The notes beneath the pieces are model-generated. The model saw only the letters and a program-made list of their open reading frames with translations. It was not told the DNA's origin and made no database searches. Shown in pieces: positions 54,599-64,000 of a stretch of 64,000 nucleotides of DNA. Within the stretch, counting starts at the first letter, position 1. The number at the start of each line of letters is the position of its first letter. Position numbers and translations under genes: made by a program. The stretch comes from Syncephalis fuscata S228 (Eukaryota; Fungi; Zoopagomycota), in the NCBI GenBank assembly GCA_025786725.1, contig JAHLTZ010000046.1, forward strand, positions 86,202 to 150,201, given 5' to 3'.

Positions 54599-57409
54599 AT
54601 GGCACCCGAAGCTAATTCAAAGGCTTTGTTTCCCAATGCTATGGGCAGTGCTATCCGGGAGATGCACAACGTTAACCGAGATAAGCAACGTAGCATTCGA
54701 ATAACCATCGAAAATCATCACTCAACGCTTCGACTATCGGGTGCACGATTTGATTGTCAGGGAAGCAGCTGCAAAGAAGTACCGAGTCATGTCGTTGATT
54801 CGTGCCATGAACAAACAACGCAGATTGTGTCTGTAATGCCTAACACTGCGTGTAGTGGCTATATAATCTACCGGATGCTTGATCATGCACCGGCTCTGCC
54901 CCATGAAATGGAGTTATTCGTTCTTATTATCTGGGATGTTCCCATTGTAGGCACCAACCGATATCTGCTTGAAATCCTACAAGCCTCGCCTGGAACCCAT
55001 TTACTACGCCAAGATAACACTGTGCAGGAAATCATAGACTATAGGCGTAGTCATCGACTCATGGCAGCTACACATGCCCAATCTCAAGGCTGGAGTGTTG
55101 CGGATAAGGCCTTTATGGCTATTGCTGCCATGACCAATACAATTAATGCAAAATTGGAGCTACGTATTACAAACGTTCCGGATGGCTCTTCGAAGCTGCT
55201 TGATGCACCTGAACACGTCCAGTCTACGGGGTAAGCTGTACACGATCTAATTGAGACAATATGTCGTTAACTCAGTATGTATCAACATTAATCTTTATTA
55301 GCGAGTCGATCGATTGGGGCTTTAACATTGACCCCATATCGCCTAAGCCAGTACTACGAAATGGTAAGAAATAGATCAACTAATAATAAACAAAAAGCAC
55401 AGTCACGTATGCAGTAAACTAATCCAGAACATCCTGTCGCACTGTCCTTTAGACTCCTGTTGTGGCATGCTAAAGAGGGCAAACATGGTTGTACAGCTGA
55501 ATAACCAAACCGACCGAATGTATCTGAAAAATGCTCGACTGTGTATTAAAGAGGGGAATTCAATAGCCCATACGTTTCATGATGTTGCACCGCAAGATCA
55601 AGTGTTGATACCATTTACTGCCCATCGTAAACTAAAAGGCTGTCTCGTCTACGAGATCACTACGCAACAAGCGGTGAAGGCTGATGCGATTGCTGTAGAC
55701 ACAGCTGCTGCCTATCGTAACCATTGTCTATTTTTATTGATTGCGTGGTCTACTCATCCACGCAAAGGCAATCGACTCTGTGTTGATGTCGTGCGCGCGC
55801 GATGTGATATATTTCCTGGTACTGATCAACAATTATCGCAGTTTTACGATGCTTACATTCGCTACCTGCTGGGCTCGACGACACGGCCATCAATCTGGCA
55901 ATTGACAAACGGCGATCGTATTAAAATTACGTCGTTTATTGATGCTGGGCTACATGACGTCGTTCTACTGCTGGATATTGGCAATGTTACGTTTGATTTG
56001 GCCCGTGCTGAAGCACCATTATTCCTTCCAAATCTTGGCATTGGGTAGGTTATTAGGTATTATGATAATAACGACAACGCTAATAGGAATGGCAATTGAT
56101 GCAATAACACGCGATAATAGTGTCACAATGAATAACTCGCTGGCCGATGTGACCGAACGATTTGCGCAACGCGCGCATTGGAAACAACAACAGTTGTTAT
56201 TAATTGTTGAAAATACCCATCATAACTTAACACTTACGCCGATATGGCCCATTGAAAATATTGACCAACAAATAAGCCAGGGACGTCACGAGCTAAAAAT
56301 GTTGAATCGTGCACGACTCCACTGGGCAACTGAGGGCATTCGGATTTATCAGATTATTATGCGCAACTCAAAGACTGCCAGTCCTAATATTATTTATTTC
56401 TTAGTTGTACGTGCGCGCGACACAGAGCTTAGTGTTGGAATTATGGCTGCCTGGGCTTCCGCCTATTTGGAAAGCTCGATCGATATGGATTCCATTGTTA
56501 ACTGTGTACGTATGGTGCCCAACATGGCCCGTTTACCGATGGCTCGACACATTCAGCAAGATATTCAACTAAACAACGGAACCGCCTTTCAACTGACGGC
56601 ATTTCGTAATCCCACTATGCCATTTACCCTTACACTGACCATAGGTCATGCAAGTAGCAATCAGGTAAACAAAACAGCCATTTACGTAGTATATATTGTT
56701 TATCATTATACCATTACATAGATACAAAACTGGCCAGAGCAGCGTACATTCGCTATACCAGCTGGTAAGTTATAGCTTGCAGCTAGCATTAAAGCTAATC
56801 GTTTATATTATAGCTGGTTTATGGCGACCTTTACAGGGACATATTAACTCACCGATTCCACCACAATTACGCGTTACAATGCTTAACGATGAAAGTGGAT
56901 TGCAGCTGGGACATTCGCAGGTGTTCAGTGTCGGTTATCAATTAGCAGCAATACCTGAAAAAACCCAGTTGCCCATAACAAAATTGGTTTTTAACTTTAA
57001 ATCCCTTCCGGCCAATGAAGAGCGAAGCATTTATATATTCCACACTTTACTTGACACGTTCAGTGCATTTAAAATATGGTTTTCTGTACAAGCAAGGGGC
57101 GATTTATTAAGTTTCCACGCTAAATGTAGACTGGATGAACAAGAAATGGCGACTTTGGAATCTACAATGTCTAGGTCAATGTGCACGACGACGGCACTGC
57201 CTGGCAACGATCAGTCCAATAATTCAGTGGCTGTCTTTAGTCAGCCAGACGGCCAAGCATTTTATGTTGCACTTTGTATTGGCCGCAATTTGAATGGCAA
57301 TCGAACTGAATTGATCATATGCTGTGCCGATCAACGTGAAAAAGTAGAAGCTTGCGTGCAAGCATCGAATGAACATCTGCGTTCGTCAGTAATGGAGGTG
57401 CAAGAGTAA
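54599..57409 (+). CDS. Multi-exon protein with four tandem actinoporin/aegerolysin-like beta-sandwich repeats
   Basis: Repeated pattern hxhxh(E/N/L)Nxxxxxx-L...G.hhY...hhhhhW in ORFs 54575, 55467, 55939 and 56696, linked by short GT-AG introns; no signal peptide seen. Confidence 0.55.
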
Positions 57410-58053
57410 CGACAATTAACTTTAGTTTTATTTTAATGTAAAATCCGTATTATACCGCGCCTATCTGGACGTCATTCTATGCTGACTTTTATAAGCTATT
57501 ATAATTATGGTGGGCGAACGCGGAAAATATCTACAAATGGATGAAAAAGCTATTGCGATCACTTACGATGTGAATAATATTTTAATTTTAAGTTTAATGG
57601 GATGTTTATGTTTTTGTTTTATGTAAAAATATAATATATATTGTTTGACAACCATTACATTGCGATTTCGTATTGCAATATAATTACCATGCTGGAGTAC
57701 ATCATATACTTTGCGTTTTAATTTAGCAATCGGAATGTTGTTTAGTATTTTAATTTTACACTTGTTAACTTGTCAAAAAGTAATCAACATAAATGAATTT
57801 AACAAGATCATTTTAATAAAAAAGGACAATAATTTACTGTGTTACCATATTTAGTAGTATAAATTAATTAAAATTTTGGAGCTAATGTACTTTAAATAAA
57901 CTTTTCTTCATATTATTGTCGTTGCTTGCCATTTATATAAAATATAACTAGTAGTTGAATACTTTCTATTGAGCTATAAATTCTTATTAAATATGATGCT
58001 GAATGGAAGTAGTATCAAGTATTGAATTATTAAATTATAAATATCTTATCGTC

Positions 58054-58142
58054 AGTATATAATAAAATAGTATATATATATATATCAGCATCATCATCAC
58101 CCTTGCATATTCATATATATATATACTATTTTATTATATACT
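58054..58142. repeat. Perfect ~30-bp inverted repeat (hairpin) between convergent genes
   Basis: AGTATATAATAAAATAGTATATATATATAT ... ATATATATATATACTATTTTATTATATACT with a ~29-nt loop. Confidence 0.85.
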
Positions 58143-58563
58143 TGTATCGTATTAATAAAAAGCTGTTTATTTATTACTACGTGTATTTATCATACATTTT
58201 AATTTATTCCATTCAATGTACTCTACTTACAGTCATATACACATTATAGATGTACCATTATTATATTACTACTGGTATAATTACTAGTATTATTGCTGCT
58301 ATTAGTTATGCTGTTTGTAGGTTGTAATTTGGTTTGCTTAATCGTATACACATTATAATTGCTAATATACATAGATATTTACCAAGCTCGATATTTTTAT
58401 TGACAAGGAAATCTACACACTCTGCGTCAACACAGTAACGTGTATAGGATGCATTGTCGTATAAACTGCAAATAAAATGTAAAATGTAAAGTGGATGGGC
58501 AGCTATTGTAATGTTGTGAAGAAGAGAGGATTGGTAAAGATGTCAACAATGTTGTATTAGTAT

Positions 58564-60687
58564 TTAGTCGACCTCTTCCATCTTGGACTCGGCATCTGCA
58601 AGCTCTGGCATCTCTTCATCGGCCACCTCTTCTGGTGCTTCGGTGTCATCGATGGATAGACCAAGCTTGATCATGCGGTTGATACGGCCAGCGAATGCGG
58701 ATGGGTCATCAAGGGAGAAGCCAGAGGCCAAAAGGGACGTTTCGTAGAGCAAATGGGTAAGATCCTTGACGGTCTTGTCGTTCTTGTCGGTGACCACGCG
58801 GTCCTTAAGGGCCTTGATGATTGGGTGGGATGGATTGAGCTCCATAGTCTTCTTGGAGGCCATGTAGGAGGACATGGATGAGTCGCGAAGAGCCTGGGCA
58901 CGCATAATACGTTCCATGTTGGCTGACCAGCCAAATTGGCCGGTAACCAACACGCAAGGTGAGCTGACAATACGAGAGCCGACAGTAACCTTCTCAACCT
59001 TGTCGCCCAAAATCTCCTTAACGGCAGCGCACAATGGCTCCAAGGCTGTCTTTTCCTCTTCGAATCGCTTCTTTTCCTCCTCGTCCTCCTCTAGCTCTAG
59101 GCCTTCCTTGGTGACAGACATAAGCTTTTTGCCTTCGTATTCGCGCAATTGCTGGACGCAGTACTCGTCGATTGGATCAACCATGAATAGTACTTCAAAG
59201 CCACGCTTCTTCAATGCCTCAAGGAATGGCGAGTTTTCAACAGCTTGGCGGGACTCGCCAGTGATGAAATAGATGTTCTTCTGCTTCTCTGGCATACGTG
59301 TGACGTAGTCCTTCAAAGAAGTAGCCTCATCGCCAGACTTGGTCGAGTGGAAGCGCAATAATTCGGCCAACTTGCCACGGTTCTGTGCATCTTCGTGGAT
59401 ACCAAGCTTGACGTTCTTGCCAAAGGCTTCGTAGAACTTGTTGAAGTTTTCCTTGTCCTCGGCAATTTCAAAGAACATATCAATGCATTTCTTGACAATG
59501 TTCTTGCGAATGACCTTAAGAATCTTGTTTTGTTGCAATATTTCACGCGAAATATTGAGTGGAAGGTCCTCGGAGTCGACAACGCCCTTAACAAAGTTAA
59601 GCCATTCAGGAATAAGATCTTCACAGTCATCCATGATGAATACACGGCGGACGTACAACTTGATGTTGTTGCGCTTCTTCTTGGTCTCAAACATGTCGAA
59701 TGGCGCACGTTTTGGTGTATAAAGAATAGCACGGAATTCAAGCTGTCCTTCAACAGAGAAGTGCTTAACAGCCAATGGGTCCTCCCAGTCGTTGGTCAAT
59801 GCCTTGTAGAATGCATCGTATTCTTCAGTCTTGATATCATCTGGATTACGCGTCCACAATGGCTTAGTCTTGTTAAGCTCCTCTTCTTCAGTCTTGGTCT
59901 CCTTGACTGTCTTTGTCTTCTTCTTCTTCTCCTTGGCCTCTTCTTCTTCGTCAATCTCTTCAATCTTGGCGCTGTCTTCGGCCTTTTCAGCGTCGACTTC
60001 CTCCTCTTCTGCTTCGTCGTCAGTAACTTCAGTTTCGGTTTCCTTGGTCACAACGAGCTGAATTGGGTAGCCAATAAATTCAGAGTGCTTCTTGACAATC
60101 TCCTTAATTTTGGCCTCTTCAACGTACTCGACCTGGTCCTCCTTAAGGAAAAGCTTGATGGCGGTACCACGGCCGAGTGGCTCGTTGACGGTATCGAGTG
60201 TAACGGTGAAAGAGCCACCAGCAGCAGATTCCCAAATGTATTGTTCGTCATCGTTGTGTTTGGTGATGACTTGGACACGGTCGGCCACAAGGTAGGCAGA
60301 GTAGAAACCAACACCGAATTGACCAATCATGCTGATGTCAGCGCCAGACTGGAGCATTTCCATAAAGCTTTTGGTGCCGGATTTAGCGATGGTACCAAGG
60401 TTGTTGACAAGATCAGACTTGGTCATACCAATACCAGTGTCACGAATAGTCAATGTCTTGTTGACAGTGTCTGGAATCAAGCGAATGTACAAGTCCTTGC
60501 AGCTGTCCAACACTGACTTGTCAGTAAGCGATTGGTAGCGGATCTTGTCAAGTGCATCAGAAGAGTTGGAGATAAGTTCACGAAGGAAAATTTCCTTGTT
60601 TGAGTAGAAAGTGTTAATGATAAGCGACATAAGCTGGGAGATTTCAGCCTGGAAGGCGAAAGTCTCTGGAGCAGCGTTATCGGCCAT
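58564..60687 (-). CDS. HSP90: Cytosolic Hsp90
   Basis: [45 protein letters not shown]-terminal MEEVD; intronless with strong C/G-ending codon bias. Confidence 0.99.
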   Translation of the reverse strand: MADNAAPETFAFQAEISQLMSLIINTFYSNKEIFLRELISNSSDALDKIRYQSLTDKSVLDSCKDLYIRLIPDTVNKTLTIRDTGIGMTKSDLVNNLGTIAKSGTKSFMEMLQSGADISMIGQFGVGFYSAYLVADRVQVITKHNDDEQYIWESAAGGSFTVTLDTVNEPLGRGTAIKLFLKEDQVEYVEEAKIKEIVKKHSEFIGYPIQLVVTKETETEVTDDEAEEEEVDAEKAEDSAKIEEIDEEEEAKEKKKKTKTVKETKTEEEELNKTKPLWTRNPDDIKTEEYDAFYKALTNDWEDPLAVKHFSVEGQLEFRAILYTPKRAPFDMFETKKKRNNIKLYVRRVFIMDDCEDLIPEWLNFVKGVVDSEDLPLNISREILQQNKILKVIRKNIVKKCIDMFFEIAEDKENFNKFYEAFGKNVKLGIHEDAQNRGKLAELLRFHSTKSGDEATSLKDYVTRMPEKQKNIYFITGESRQAVENSPFLEALKKRGFEVLFMVDPIDEYCVQQLREYEGKKLMSVTKEGLELEEDEEEKKRFEEEKTALEPLCAAVKEILGDKVEKVTVGSRIVSSPCVLVTGQFGWSANMERIMRAQALRDSSMSSYMASKKTMELNPSHPIIKALKDRVVTDKNDKTVKDLTHLLYETSLLASGFSLDDPSAFAGRINRMIKLGLSIDDTEAPEEVADEEMPELADAESKMEEVD

Positions 60688-60934
60688 TTTGGTGTATGTA
60701 GATAGGAAGGGAACGTTAAAAAGAGTAAATAAACAGGTGCAACCTAGGCGGTGGCAACAGGACTAGATAAATGAACACTACGAGATAACTTCCACGACAA
60801 AGAGTGGCAGCTAGAAAAAGACAATCGACCGTGAAGTAGACGAGTGCGGCTTACGCGCCAATGTCAAACAGGCTTTTTAAGGATGATGACTCTGGAGAAT
60901 CAAAAAGAAAAATTCACTTTTGAGCGAACACCAT

Positions 60935-60949
60935 GGAAAATGCTGGAAC
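60935..60949 (-). promoter_or_regulatory. Possible heat-shock element upstream of HSP90
   Basis: GGAAAATGCTGGAAC = nGAAnnTGCnnGAAn, one mismatch to a three-unit HSE, about 250 bp upstream of the ATG. Confidence 0.4.
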
Positions 60950-61707
60950 CATCTACGTTTAATCCGGATTGAGTGTGAGATCACGACTCGGCTTGAGTCA
61001 CTATTGAACAAAAGAGACATCTCGACCAATGGAGAGCATAATAGTTGGTCCACGTGACGTCATTTACAAGCGAATGTATCAGGTGAATGTGTACAATTTA
61101 ATACTGAAACTAAATGTCTAGGTGGAAAATATATCAGCAAAATATGGCAGCTTTGCCAAGTAAATACACTATTAGCAAATAAATAGACCGACGAATGTGT
61201 GTCTTAATAGCAATAATAGTAATATTAATAAAAATGTTAAATAACTCCATTATTTCTCTAATTTAGCCCAATAAACTATTTTACGTAATCGATCATAGTG
61301 ATTTAAATAATTGATTTGTATTTAAATTATTACTTATAATAAACATTAGTCTAATATTATTGTCCATTATCTTTTTTATAAAATTGATTAAATATAACAG
61401 AAATTGTATCAGTAGCTGCTATTTTAAACATTTAAATAAACAATGTAACATACTATTTGATTTCGTTGAAAAATTTAAGGCAATCATCGTTGTTGCTGGC
61501 CACGTGTAGAAAGATTGATCAAGTATTAATAAAAGCCATATAATTGCAATTCCATGTCATTCCACATTGCTTTTTACTGTATCTATGTACAGCATGGATT
61601 ATTGCATCTGAATAGTCTATTCTATTTGTTATTATTCTACTATTGCATTTTGGACATATTTATAATGTAAAATCAATATTAATATAATTATTATAAAAAG
61701 TCGCTTA

Positions 61708-62390
61708 TTAAACAGCTATTTTCTATAGCCAATTTGACTAAATAAATGGCATTTTGCACAATTAGTATCATAATGCCAATATATATATATATATGTTAAA
61801 GCAATAATCAAGATAACTAAGTAATTACGTCATTGTATTAATAATTAAACATGAATTAATTAATGTTGGATGTAATAATATACATGTCACACTGATAAAT
61901 GAGTGTTTAATTGTATCTAAAAGTGGTAAGAAAAGGGAAGTGAAATGGATAAAGAAAAGATGTGAAAGTTAAAATAGAATAACTCCAATCTAATAATTAA
62001 TAAATAGACTAAGGTGATTCAGTGTCAAAAGATCGAAATTGACATTCTTTACTTGATTGAACTACACATTGTTGTTCTACTAAACATGGAACTAAATGGT
62101 GAGTGCTATTAAATAAGCAAATTATAATGCTTTGAATACTTTACAGTAGCAATGATATGGATTAACATTTATTTATTATATTTTATTGTAAGCGACATGA
62201 AACTACTATTTAATATCTATTTTAATATTGAAAATAGTGCAAATTAACTAAGACTGATTGATTCAATCGGAGTTGATGTAGCATTACTTCAACAAATCAC
62301 TTTTCAGTATTAAAATTGATCAACGGCTTACTTGAGTTATGAATCTTTTTAACTTTCAGTTTAAAGATAGGGAGTCAAAGTACAGTAGCT
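61708..62390. repeat. Inverted repeat, right copy (partner 53478-54130)
   Basis: Reverse complement of the left copy. Confidence 0.9.
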
Positions 62391-63387
62391 TCGAATCTAT
62401 AATTCATCTACTATTCTTTAGTAAAATAGCTATTCATTAATTATTGAAATTAATTAATATGGCTTTATAGATGCCGTATTACATTAGGTATAGATAGTCG
62501 TATGTAAATCTATAATTATAAAATACATGTAGATTTCTGTATTTGTACACACTTGATAGTCATAATAGTGATGTTGCGTCATTAAAACTAAATATATAAC
62601 GTTACTATACTCATAAATCTATTTTATTTTATTTAACAAAAATAATGGCAGTATTATTGACATGCTACTCAATTCCCTTTGCTGTAGCATTATTATATTT
62701 GGCCAGTTGCTGTTACTATACAAATATTATTGTTATATAGCAACTTGAAGCTATTTTTGCTTATTGTTAGCTGCTTTATCCATTATCCTCTAATTCATAG
62801 TGTCCTTATTTTTTAACTTCGCCTTATTTATTTCTCTCCTTCCCTTTGCTTTTCATTCTTCGAGTCTCACTTTATAATATAGTAGCAACGTTCTGTTCAA
62901 ATCATTGCCTGTTGGATACTTATTTGCCTTAGCTATCAATCTTGACCCATTTACTTACTAAACTACCAGCACAGTATTACTTTCTATTATTCGCAACATG
63001 CTGTATATTCGTTCTATTATACATTAATTATGCATTATTAATAAAAAACCGATTATTTATTGCTAGTTGTATTTTTACACGTTCATTCATTGTGCTTATT
63101 CAGTCACATATATTATAGCTATATTGTTCATGCATTCTATACATTTATATTTTTCATTAGGTAAATCATTTTGTTGTCTCTAATATTTCTACACTTTCTT
63201 TGACTACTCAAATGATTCATATCAAAACACAATAAAAACAATACATAGTTCAGTCTCTTAACATATCCTCTCTTTCTCTCTCTAGCTTCATGAATGATAT
63301 TTTGTTCAGTTTATAAGAGTGTAAGAAGCACATTGTTAACAGACAAAACAACAATTGTATACGAGTAGCCTGGCTGTGTATTCAAGA

Positions 63388-64000
63388 TTAGACCTCATCG
63401 TCGTCATCGTCGTCCATATCGTCGCCTAGTAATGCATCCTATATCAACAGTTCAGTCATCAGTATAACATAACAGCGCATTTTTATTCTATGTATATATT
63501 GCTTTTTCTACTTACCTTGGCATATTGTTCAGCTGCTTCTTGAATTTCTGATGGCACTGGCTGATGACGACCGCCATTTGACACGGGAATCCAACTCATT
63601 TCCAACTGAAACTCGCGGTCTTTATTTTCATCATGTGCCGCATAAATACTAAATAACAAATTAATTAACACCAGCTATGATTACATTTTTATTATTAAAT
63701 AAATACTTACATGCGAGCAGCTTCCTTTACACCTTGCTCGACTGTTAATTCATCAAGTTTTAGTTTTTCAATTTCTGCTTTTGCCACTTGTTTTCCTTTG
63801 CCAATGGCACATCCGGCGTAGCCCTGAACAGTTAAATGGCCGATTAATACTGCGCTCGCTTAAATATTAGTCTTAATATCATCGCACTTACCCAGTAAAC
63901 ACCTGATGGCTCCACAAGGAATAGCTGTGGCCCATGGGTATCTACTGCGCCCACCAATAGAGCACTGCCAAATGGACGTACACTCGAGTATAGTGTGTGG
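63388..64000 (-). CDS. PRE10: 20S proteasome subunit alpha-7 (PSMA3), 3' part; 5' end lies outside the window
   Basis: [61 protein letters not shown], acidic tail. Confidence 0.95.

Noticed and set aside
59395-60516. 373-aa antisense ORF over HSP90 (plus other overlapping ORFs)
   Set aside because: Expected by-product of strong codon bias in a highly expressed gene, which avoids TTA/CTA/TCA codons; no independent coding signal.

Overview
AT-rich, intron-dense eukaryotic DNA with short (about 50-80 nt) GT-AG introns and CTRAY branch sites. It reads as fungal, and gene content suggests an early-diverging lineage such as Zoopagomycota (inference only). Blocks of housekeeping genes (ATE1, VPS26, VPS53, CDC73, OLA1, USE1, G3BP/Bre5-like, WDR89, AMACR-like, Pep12/Stx7-like syntaxin, MTG2, SRP14, AP-1 beta, HIRIP3-like, HSP90, PRE10) alternate with accessory islands. 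The islands hold three mosaic 7TM-RGS receptor paralogues with hitch-hiking ATE1 fragments, a secreted glycine-zipper protein, a secreted pseudokinase with an emptied paralogous locus, an orphan 7TM protein, a CAP gene, and a four-repeat actinoporin/aegerolysin-like protein inside ~650-bp inverted repeats. The most striking signal is invisible in the ORF track. At 45964-46938 (-) a signal-peptide exon is followed by ten consecutive 3-nt micro-exons spaced about 81 nt apart (YAG|NNN|GTAAGT), i.e. a secreted peptide spelled one codon per exon. A paralogous two-exon gene for a 32-aa prepeptide lies at 41083-41255. Several single-base deletions in short homopolymers suggest assembly indel errors, so frameshift and pseudogene calls need read-level checking. 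All protein assignments come from motif recognition by eye; no searches were run.
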